NCBI GenBank assembly: GCA_964035575.1
Contig: OZ037833.1
Location: 1,612,001 to 1,676,000 of the forward strand
Source: Rhynchopus sp. YZ270_cl-10
Taxonomy: Eukaryota
DNA: 64,000 bases
Direction: 5' to 3'
Under the pieces are notes generated by a model. The model was not told where the DNA came from. It saw only the letters and a program-made list of their open reading frames with translations, and did not search any database. Each line of letters begins with the position of its first letter. Position 1 is the stretch's first letter. Made by a program: the position numbers and the translations under genes. Below are positions 54,267-63,830 of this stretch, one piece after another.

Positions 54267-55148
54267 GGTGTGGAGCACTTTCCTGGAGGTAAATATGTGG
54301 ATAGAGTATTGCGGCAGGGAAGAGTTTGACTTCTTCAAAAGCCCTCACATGACAGCACCTTGGCACATGACCGGTACACCAAGGACGAAACGTTGAAACA
54401 CGGATATACCTCACGGACACATCTTCAAAGAGATGATAGGGTTGATGCGGGCACACCCTCTTGACTGACCCACTGTCCAAGACCAGACCCTAGATGAAAG
54501 CAGGGAGTTGCGCGGTTTAAGGAAATGTACCACCTTCAGAACACAAAGAATAAGCAAAGAGATGGGTAGGGGGTGGTGTTTGCTTTCTTCATTGAACTTT
54601 TGATGTTTTTTTTTTACCTTTTTTTTGAAAACCTAACAAAACAACTTTGGCTAGGACCACAAAGCACAGGTGGTATGAGGGTTGTTGATGGAGGGCAGTA
54701 ACGTAAACCACCCCGGTGAAGAATGAATGTACCTCACGAGAGAATACGAGACGGGATGGGGGGGGGAGAGAGGCACATTCATCTTTGAACTGAGTGGAAG
54801 TTGATTCGCGTCTTTTGGACTACAACACTTTTCTGTGAATAGTGTCAATCTCACCGCAAAAAGGAAAAGATTTGGCAGATGACTCTACACACAGTGAGCC
54901 TCCTCTTTAAACACGTCAACGTGCAAACACCTCATATTTTTTTTTTTTTGTCACTGAAGAGAGCCGCTCATTAGAGCGGATGCATTCCTCGATGTGCACA
55001 AGAACGTTTGCTTTTTGCTTTATAAATCGTGAGACTACTCCCATTCTGTTTATCCTGATTTTTGTTTTCTTTTCTGTTGCAAACGCGCTGAACATTGAGC
55101 CACACCAATCCCCAATAAAAATACTAAAACATTCATTTCCCCCCCTAC

Positions 55149-55706
55149 CTACATATCCATAAACCAGTCAATCAATGCACAGAACCCAGCTCCCGCAGAC
55201 GCACCTGTATTTTGGAGATTATTTTTTATACTAAAAACATACATAACGGCCCACAAATGGTATGGCGTTAGCCAGAAGGGGGTTGATATGAGGTTTTCGT
55301 GAACACCGGTTATGTGAATAGGGGAAAAGGGCATACCGAGTAATGCTGTTGGCGGTCCTCCGAAACGGTAGCCTTGCACAGCGCCGATTGTACCTCCTGC
55401 TATGCCGGCGTTTTTCCAGTCATGCCGTCCTCTTCTTTTTTCCAACACAGTTTCGAACCCACTGAAGAAGAACCCAAACACCGCAAACCCCTTGCCCATT
55501 TTGAGGGAGCTGCGCCCCGCACGGCGCCAGAACTCCCGCACACCAACGTTGTCGGTCTGGCTCCCCCCGAGCATCATACCGAACACAGAAAACCCTGCCC
55601 CCATCACGTACCCACCCAAGTACGCCATCACAGAACGCGCCGCACACGAGTCCATCACCATCTCCATCGCTTTTTCCTGTTCGCTCCGTCCAGCATCTAG
55701 ATCCAT
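55149..55706 (-). CDS. TIM22: Mitochondrial inner-membrane translocase Tim17/22/23 family, Tim22-like; in-frame intron 55205-55336
   Basis: DSCAARSVMAYLGGYVMG, KGFAVFGFFFSGFE..LEKRRGRHDWKNAGIAGG and GxxxG helices. Splicing gives ALLGASAGAGFCALID. Confidence 0.85.
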   Translation of the reverse strand: MDLDAGRSEQEKAMEMVMDSCAARSVMAYLGGYVMGAGFSVFGMMLGGSQTDNVGVREFWRRAGRSSLKMGKGFAVFGFFFSGFETVLEKRRGRHDWKNAGIAGGTIGAVQGYRFGGPPTALLGMPFSPIHITGVHENLISTPFWLTPYHLWAVMYVFSIKNNLQNTGASAGAGFCALIDWFMDM

Positions 55707-56699
55707 CGTTCCTTCGCTACAACCCTATTGTTGAAATTGTCGTTCTTTGTGTGGTGATGTCTGTAGCAATAAAGGTAAGGGAAGAGAGAGAAAGAGAGAG
55801 AGAGTGGGGGGGGGCGAAGACATATAAAAAATGAAGATTTTTTTGGGGAATTTTGGTGTACATTTTTTTTTGTGCGGCAACATCAAATGAAGAGAGACAG
55901 AATGTCATTGGCTATTGCATTTGAAATTGTTATACTTTTCTCGAAAAAAAAAAACGGTTTTTTTCTTGTGTAAAAAACTGCACACCCCCCCACACCCCAA
56001 AAAAAGGCAAGGATACATACGGACGGTCCATCCCGTCACTAAAGAAGAAAAGTTGTAAGAATGAATGTGTCTCTTTGTGCACACACATTTGGAGAAGCGA
56101 AGTTGAACGTACAAATGCCTTTGCGTCACCGTTCATCGGCGGACGCAGGCACTTAACAGAAATGATGTAGCAGGTGTTCTTGCTGAAGATCACCTGCCGC
56201 TAAACAGAGCAAGGCTCTGTACTGAAATGTCATCCGACGGATGCCATCCAGAGGTGCTGAGAACGACAAAACAGCATATCACACCCCTAAGAGTGGCGTT
56301 GAGAACGCTGGTGTGTGTGTTTTTTTTTTGTATTTTTTGGTTCCAGGAATCCTTGGAACACCATTCTCAGGAAGAAAAAAAAATTGCTCAAAAAACTTGA
56401 AATATACCGGAACAGAAAAACTAAAGAGAATCATCGAAAAGATTGAGTGGTCCTCGCGGGCGCACCTATTTCAAGAAAAAAAACACACGTCGTTTGACCC
56501 GATGTGTGCTGGCAAAACCTCATAAAAGACTCATCATTTTTTTTTCCCTCTTTTTTGTTGTGTCGACAATCACCTGTTAATGCAGGATCTGTACTCAATG
56601 GCGCCCGAAGGTTATTGTATTTTTTTTTTTTTTTTTTTGCGGAAAAATTATTTTTTTGAAGGCAGGAACGTTACAGATTGAGAGCCACCTTTTTTTGCT

Positions 56700-56927
56700 T
56701 CAGCATATATTATCAAGGCTGTCACCATTGGCTACTCCTTCACTTGCCCTGCCTGTGAAGTTGACTCCTTTGTGGAGAAGCTCGATGACGTCTTTGACTG
56801 CAGGGAAACAGGCACGGACTGAATTGAGCAGGATGTAGAGCGAGGCACAGAAGGTGGAGACGGGGAACGCAATGAACCACCAGATGAACAGCCAGATCGC
56901 CTGCCGCATCACCTTGGTGCTGCTCAT
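56700..56927 (-). CDS. Small hydrophobic membrane protein (75 aa), paralog A
   Basis: Clear protein-level similarity to 58093-58305 (W..IW.FI..PV..FC...YI..N..RAC....K...E.LHKGVNFTG.AS.GV..G...IC). Confidence 0.85.
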   Translation of the reverse strand: MSSTKVMRQAIWLFIWWFIAFPVSTFCASLYILLNSVRACFPAVKDVIELLHKGVNFTGRASEGVANGDSLDNIC

Positions 56928-57056
56928 GGTGAAACCTTTGGGTAGAGAACGAGAAAAGAGAAAAGAGAGCTTGGTGTGTAAGTAGCTGTGAAATAAGGGG
57001 TAACGGGGAATTAGTGTTCGATTCCGGAGAGGGAGCCTGAGAAACGTCTACCACAT

Positions 57057-57120
57057 GGTGTGGCTGACGACCCCAAATAGCAGAAAATAGCAGAAAATAG
57101 CACCCCCTTTCAGCCACACC
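57057..57120. mobile_element. Miniature inverted-repeat element, copy 2 (64 bp)
   Basis: Same TIRs and internal AAAATAGCAG units as 50374-50449; flanked by ACAT on both sides. Confidence 0.75.
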
Positions 57121-58092
57121 ACATCTAAGGATGGCAGCAGGCGCAAATTTTCAGGATAAATCAAATAGCAAAGCTAGAGAGAACAGAGAAGCGCAGCTCG
57201 GGGGAGGGAAAAAAGTTTGCTTTTTTTTATTGACAATCTGAAAACCAGATCAGCCACCACAGCCTTGTCTCCCGTATCTCCGTTTTTTTTTTCTTCTTCA
57301 GAATACCGTTTTTATGTGGTACCGTTGTTTCAAATCTTTGGGGGGGGCAAATACATGAGAGGGGGTTTTGGCTGTTGGGTAAATCTGTTTACGATTTTGT
57401 TCGATTTAGGGCACGTGTGGTGTCAAAACCTACCCAAAAAAAAAGGGTGGTTGGTTGTGTTACGCAGATTTGCATCTGTCACAATGGCATCAAGATGTTA
57501 TATGAGGCTGACATTCTTTTCAAAGAAAGAAAGTGAAGGTGCACAAGTGGCAACTACACTATTCCAACAGTGTATCAAAAATAAAAGAAAAGTTTATAAG
57601 ATGATCCTAAGCCTCTCGTGCTTAGTCACCTTTTAAAATAAACGTTATAAGACGTAGATACAGTGGAGTCTGTTGCACTGAGTTAAAAAAAAAACACAGA
57701 AAAGTTTGTGAGATGAACCTAAGCCTGAGACTCACTGCTTAGGCATCTCTGGAAACGTTGATAAAAGAGAGAGAAAAAAAACCAAAGCAATCTGAGAACA
57801 AAAAAAAAACGAGATGAACCTAAACCTCTCTGTGCTTAGTCACCTAAAGTATAGTGAATGCTCCCATCTAAAAAACGTTTTGTACCCGAGAATCGGGCGT
57901 GGCGAAAAGATGCGTTTGGAGGGGAGAATGTTGAAAAAAAAGGGTTGTTCTTGCTGGGTTGCTTTAAAAAAAAAAAAAATACAATATTCGCAAAAGCTCG
58001 TACTATTTTGGGGGGGAATTTGTAACTTCAATAGGTCAACTAATTTTGTTCTCGGATTTCACCCCTTTTTTAATCATATATCGGTGCAAATT

Positions 58093-58305
58093 TTAGCAGA
58101 TGTTAGATCCGCTGACGACACCATCGCTTGCAGTGCCGGTAAAGTTGACGCCTTTATGCAGGCATTCGACTGCAGGCTTCACACATGTACAGCACGCCCT
58201 GAACGCATTGCAGAAAATGTAGAAGCAAGAGCAAAACCCAGCCACCGGCCACGAGATGAAGAACCAGATCAGGAACCAAAGAATCTGCTTCACAATCTTC
58301 GCCAT
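58093..58305 (-). CDS. Small hydrophobic Cys-rich membrane protein (70 aa), paralog B
   Basis: MAKIVKQILWFLIWFFISWPVAGFCSCFYIFCNAFRACC...; paralogous to 56700-56927. Confidence 0.85.
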   Translation of the reverse strand: MAKIVKQILWFLIWFFISWPVAGFCSCFYIFCNAFRACCTCVKPAVECLHKGVNFTGTASDGVVSGSNIC

Positions 58306-59951
58306 TTTGTGTGTGTAAAGAAGTGGAAAGGGAGGAGTCTGGTTAGGGAAAATTGAGGGAAATGTGTGAAAAATATGACTTTGACCCGAGTTTAGGTGTT
58401 TGGCGGTTTGCTTGGCGGTGTTGGGCGGTGTTTTGTCGGAAGTTGCTGCCGGGCCAAAAATGAGGTACACTGTTGTAAACATGAGAGGGGGAAATGGAAT
58501 GGGTAGTGTTGCCTTTCTTTTTTGTGTTACTTCTGGTTTCGTTCTCCGAAATATGCATTGTTTTTTTTAAATGGTATTAGAGTCTCGCATGGCGACTATG
58601 AGGACCAAGCAGACCCACCGACCCTCCAGAATGCCCATATAGCACCCTATATAGCACAATCTGTCTGAGACGACATAACGTTTTCATTTGTTTGGTTATT
58701 TTATGTTCAAAAAAAATGTTAGTTTTTTTCGGTGATTTTTAGGTGATACTTCTTTGATTTTTGCATTAGTGGGGGAAAAGAAAAGAAAATCTTTAAAACA
58801 ATAAAGAAAACGGAAAAGACACAAAAGAGAGAACACAAACAGACACTCAGTTTTTTTTATTTTTTGTTGTATCGAACAATACCCTGTCCTAAGACGGGTT
58901 ATGCCACACAACATCGCATGGTCAAAATGAAAGAAACCGATTTCTAAGATGAACCTAAGCCTCTCGTGCTTAGTCACCTATTGAATTTCAAAAGGTACAT
59001 ATTTTTGCCAGGGGGGAATATTTTTTTTTTGTAGGGTCCCCCCACCCTCCGCGCTCCGTCAAGGAATATAGCGACCCTTTTGCAGAAAACAAATAAAACT
59101 TGGAAGATGAATGTACCTAATGTACACACACACACATAATGGGGCCATATTCTGCGCAAGAATTACCCCTATTAGTTATCAAACATACACACATCTTGGA
59201 CACAAAGAGAGAGAGAGAGAAGCATAGCATCAAAAAGAACCAAAAAAAAAATGTCACGCTTTAAAAAAGACAAAATGGGCACATAACATTCTGAACGAGA
59301 AATACCACTGATTTTCCATTTAAATAATTGGAACAGTATCGACTGCTTCTACCCCCCTCCCAACAGAAAGGGGGGGAGGGATTTAATCGGACAAAAAAAA
59401 GTGTTTTCATTTTCTAGAGAAACGAAAATAGGTCAAGAAACTTTTCCCAGAAGGGGGAGGGGGAATCATATATTATAGTTCTTTCAGAAGTCTGCTAAGG
59501 GTGCGACAGGTGCAGCAGGAGGGAGGGGGGGGTGATCAGGGACCAAGCGGGATTGCCAAAAAAGGGAGGGAGGGTTGCATCACCCTGTATCCGTTCTCTG
59601 TTTGCGCCACCTACCCGATCCATACCCGGCCTTTATTGCTTTATTTATATTTATTTTTGAAATCAGTGAAAACACGATGCAACAGAAGAATAGCTAGAAA
59701 TGGGAGTTCCTCTCAGCACCACGTCATGTTGCTTGTCGACATACGCTGGCCGGGGCTTTCTCTCTCACCCTCCGTTTCTCTATTGATAACGTGTCACTCT
59801 TTTTAAGATATCCGGTCGTCATTAATACCTCCGACTGACCCATTGATGCCAACCCCGGATGCAAGCGTAAAAAAAAAAAAATACCAAAAGGTACCCTTAG
59901 TGTCGTCTCTCTCTTTCTAATCATCTTCATTTTCAAAGTTTATTCCCCCCT

Positions 59952-61892
59952 TCACGCCTCAGCATTCCAGCCGTGTCTGAATTGGGCGTCCGCAGTTTCG
60001 GCGATTTCTGTTACGATTGGAAGGTCCTTTTGCTTGACAATAAGGATTGCCGCACCCTGCTGGATCGCGGTGACTGCCAGCACTGCGACGGAAGGGGTAG
60101 GCTTGTTTGGGAGACGTGCGGTGGTGAGGTCCCAGCACTGTGGGTACCAGAGCCCCTCCAGGCTGCTTCCTTGGAGAATCGCTGCGGTTGCCTCTGGGTT
60201 TGAGTGCAGGTCTGGGCAGGCGACCACCTGCCATCTGAAGACACCACGCTCTTGAAGCAGAGATGCAATGTTCTCAATCTTGTCGGACGCCTTGACAGCA
60301 TCGCTCGCAGCCTCAATAAACACCGTGCAGCGTGTCTCCTTCACCGCCTTCGCAAACTCCGCAAACCCTTCCTGCTTATCAAAGCCTGCAGACACAATAA
60401 CACCGTCCGCTCCTGCAGCAATCTGCGACACCGCAGAGACAGGGCTCGCCGCCTTGCTCAGGGTGTTGACACCCTTCTTTGTGGACGCTGTGATGGCAGC
60501 CTCGTCGGACGTCACGATGCCATCTGCCGAGCCCTGCTCCCCTTCCACGAAAATACGTGTTTTTGTGCCAACCTCGAGGGTCGCATCTGCACCGTGCCGC
60601 ACCGGGAAGGCACGACGCAGTGCGCTTGCGTCTTCCTCCCCTGGGACACGTGTTGCGCCTGCCATGAGGAGGCTGTGCTTGAGGTCTTCAAGGGTGCGGC
60701 GGTGGAGCGGGTGTGCGGTGTCTGCTGGCGCAACGTCGAGGAGTGGGAGCATGACGAAGAGGCGTTTGTGCATCTCCTTGTGTGGGATCACGAGGGTGGG
60801 GGAGTCGAGCACGGTTGCGCCGTGGAGGAGGATGTCGATGTCGATGGGGCGTGGAGAGTTGCGTGCGGACGCAAGGTCGCGCCCCATGTCCTCCTCGATC
60901 TTCTTGATGCCACGCAGCAGCGCGAAGGGGTCGAGCCCTGTGGACAGCCCGATGACTGCGTTGAGATACGCAGGCTGCTCTGTGTTGTACGTCGCGGGGG
61001 TGCGGTAGAGCCCAGAGGTGGCAAGCGCGCTGCACCCTGTCAGCGTCTGCAGTGCTGCAATCGCATCGCCGAAGTGCGCAACTGCGTTTCCAATGTTCGA
61101 CCCCAACGCCAGGTACACCATGGCCTCGCCCGCCCCTGCCTGCAGTGCCGAGCGTGCAGTGAGACGCTTCTCCACTAGCGCACGCTCCTCCGCAAAGAAC
61201 TCATACGTACGCACAATCTCCACCACAGCCTGGTCCGCAAGCGGGATCGCCCGCGGCTTCTCCACACGCACCAGACACTCCGCCACACCATACTTCAAGC
61301 AGACCAACCTCGCAATACCATGGCTCAGTGTCTCTAGCTGTAGGATGTAGGATGCATGCAGCAACAGTGAAGGGAGGTGAACCACATACCAAGTAGTGTT
61401 TCGACTCCTCCGTGTATTTCAGCACCTCGCGTGCCACGGTGGCATAGCTCACAGTGCGGTCTAAGCTGTCTTTCTGAAGGTTTTTTTTGGTGTGTAAAAA
61501 ACGTACTAAAACGCATCTCAGTCAATCTCATAAGGCGGAACGTGAGTGGTCCTAAAAAAGAGTTGAAATACAAAGCCCTCTCGTGAACAGTGTACTTAGT
61601 GATGACCGGCTGTACCGGGGGTGGACAGCCCTACATCCATTTCGTGGTTTACATCTGATATGCCTCCCGCTTCCACTCAAAAATGAGTCGAATTTCTTGT
61701 GGGGTTGGGTTAGGAAGGGAATACCAATGAGCAGCACGACGTGTCGAGGTACATGATCACATCAATCACAAGCTTCTGTCGTTGCATTCTCTCCGGGTCC
61801 TTTACCCCTACGATTGCCTGGCAGACGAGCTTCTCGACACAGACCTTGTCTCTGTAATTCGTTGCTGTACAGCATACTTTGCGTTCCGACAT
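59952..61892 (-). CDS. FOL1: Folate-pathway fusion: dihydroneopterin aldolase (FolB) + HPPK (FolK) + degenerate DHPS-like domain; introns 61474-61724 and 61338-61389
   Basis: FolB motifs IVGVKDPER..QKLVID, DSLDRTVSYA, LLETL and VRVEKP. FolK motifs YLALGSNIG, YLNAV, PRPIDIDIL and IPHKEMHKRLFV. The C-terminal ~200 aa has FolP-like remnants (GVFRWQVVACP, AVTAIQQGAAILIV). Confidence 0.88.
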
Positions 61893-62630
61893 TTTACCGT
61901 TTTTTTTATTGTGTATTCTTAGAGAAGGTACCGTTATGTAAAAGAGAATAAAAAAAACTCACAAAAACAAAATCCTTTTTTTATCTGACCAATTCGAACC
62001 GAGAAACCACTAATTTTTTTTTTTTTGTGTCAAGAGGAAGGAGTCCTGTCGCTTTTTGAAAAGGGGATATTCAGTTCCCCTAAAAAGAAAAAATAACTTG
62101 AAAAAAAAGATGAAACGTGAATAGCACGCAATACATCCTATTTTTTTCTGAATAGATAACAACAGATGATAGCTCACCCCCGGGTGTGAAATAGACCAAA
62201 AGGCTCAAGGAAGAACCACTACTTTTACTCATAATTTTTAAAAAAACCCCCCCCAAAAAAATGAGGAAAAAAACATGTGTGAGTCACCGTTTTGTTTCCC
62301 CCCCAAAAGGATTTTTGTCGTTTTTGTTTGGGGTTCTATTGGAGGCATGCATCTTTCCGTGATTTGGTTGTTAAATTCCTGGGCACCGTACTGAGCGTCT
62401 ACGGCAAAAGCAAAATATCAGAGAGGGGGGTGCTTATTTGCCCTTCCTCCCTTGGTGGACGTGTTTTGTTTGTTTTGCTAGAGTTTGTTTTTTTGTTGTC
62501 CATTTTTGAGCCATTTGCCCGAGCTTTGTACAGCAATCCCGGAACCACAACAACACAAGGAAAAAAAGAAAATAACTCCGAAAGATGGCCTCACAAAAGG
62601 TGTTACCCCCACCCCCACCGACTGCAGAGT

Positions 62631-63830
62631 CTATTCCTCCTCGTCAACAGCTGTCACCTTCTCACCACCCACGCCGTCAGTCTTTGCACGTTTTCTGTGT
62701 TGTTGTGGTGGTGTTTTTTTACTCGAATAGTGTGCATCAGTATGCATACCTCGACTTCAGGTCTGCCGGGGTTCCCTCTCCACGGTTCAGTGCACGCTTC
62801 TTTGCCAATTCGACCTGTATGTTGGGTTTGTTTTTATATCCGTATACCTCACGTTCTAACATACCTGCCAGTACGACGGCTGCACCGACGGAAGAGCGAC
62901 AGGCAATTCGTAGGTTTCTGCTGTAAGAGTTGTTCCGGAAAGCTGGAACTTTTGCACAAAGGGGCCACTGTCTCCAATGAAGGCCGCGAACACTGTGGAC
63001 CCGGACGATGCGAGCGATGTGGGTGCGCGTGTGGACAGCACCTTGCCCTTGGCAAGCGCCGCCACAGAGTACGCCACGATCCCTACAGTGTCGACCGAGG
63101 CAAGAAGCGTCTGTGCGCCCGACGCGTCCACAGCCACGGTCAGGTCGTGCACAGTCTTGCCCTCAAATATTTCGTCAAAGACAGACTCCCCAGACGGAAG
63201 CTTCCAGACACGCACCTGACCATCCCCACCGCTGGTTGCTATTAATTCATCGGAAATCTCAACCAGGCTGCTAACAAAGCTGTCGTGTCCGAAGCAGAAG
63301 CGCTCAATGATGTGTGTCGCGGGGTACCTCGTGAGGCGGACGTGCTCGTCTTTGTCTGTTGTTGCAAGGAGCTTGCCGCCGAAGCAGAAGTGCATGCCTG
63401 TGATCATGCTTGCGGTGTGTCCGAAGGAGAACTTCGCCTCGCCAAACCCGGAGGCAAGGTCGAAGCCAATCTCGAAGACGTCGCCTGTCTTGTCTCCCAC
63501 AAGCACCTTGTTGTGTGGCGCACCGATGTACGCGATCTGACCAATCTTCTTCTGGAACGGTGCACTCGTGTGTGTCACGTTCATTGCTGCGTCACGCACC
63601 TCAACCACCTTCTCGTCTCCCGCAAGCAGCCAGAACGCCGTCCCATCCGCCGCAGTGACGGGCAGGATCGCACGCACCGGCTTCGTCGCAATGCTTGTGT
63701 GCTGCGCCATCTTGTCCCCAATCGCAGAGAAGAAGATGTGCCCCCCTGTGCTGCTCACAACGTGCGTCGCAGAGCACCCAACTGCCCACCCGCCCTCTGC
63801 CTGCTCATTCTCCTCGGGACGGTCTCCCAT
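62631..63830 (-). CDS. TRM82: WD40 non-catalytic subunit of tRNA m7G46 methyltransferase (Trm82/WDR4); introns 62815-62864 and 62695-62749
   Basis: VLVGDKTGDV, FGHTASMIT, TTDKDEHVRLTRYP..IERFCFGH..FVS and SGGDGQVRVW. Two GT-AG introns give a basic/acidic C-terminus ending ...DEEE*. Confidence 0.9.

Larger units (their letters stand above)
13312..56153 (-). repeat. Dispersed hairpin family 2 (transcribed strand AGTGCCTGCGTCC-variable-AGGCGTTTG)
   Basis: Plus-strand (T)GCAAACGCCTC...GGACGCAGGCACT at 13312-13339, ~13838-13873, 14846-14883, 15039-15066, 26389-26425, 31011-31037 and 56114-56153. Partial copies at ~6841, 14790, 49733, 50881 and 54921. Confidence 0.85.
5487..61597 (-). repeat. Dispersed hairpin family 1 (~35 nt, >20 copies); transcribed-strand consensus AAGGTGACTAAGC-ACGAGAG-GCTTAGGWTCATCTT
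   Basis: Plus-strand AAGATGAACCTAAGCCTCTCGTGCTTAGTCACCTT-type copies at ~5487, 10922, 11416, 13991, 23818-23852, 28793, 43006-43040, 50602, 57598-57632, 57711, 57812 and 58946-58979. Stem variant 1b (AAGATGAATGTGCCTCTCGTGCAC..CATCTT) at ~5796, 11072, 31062-31096, 43591, 52323 and 56057. Variant 1c (ATACAAAGCCCTCTCGTGAACAGTGTAC) at ~14357, 50671 and 61568. Confidence 0.9.

Noticed and set aside
5487..58979. Family-1 hairpins considered as CRISPR repeats, tRNA-derived SINEs or H/ACA snoRNAs
   Set aside because: They are dispersed with irregular spacing, have no A/B boxes or cloverleaf, and are too short for a pseudouridylation-guide hairpin.
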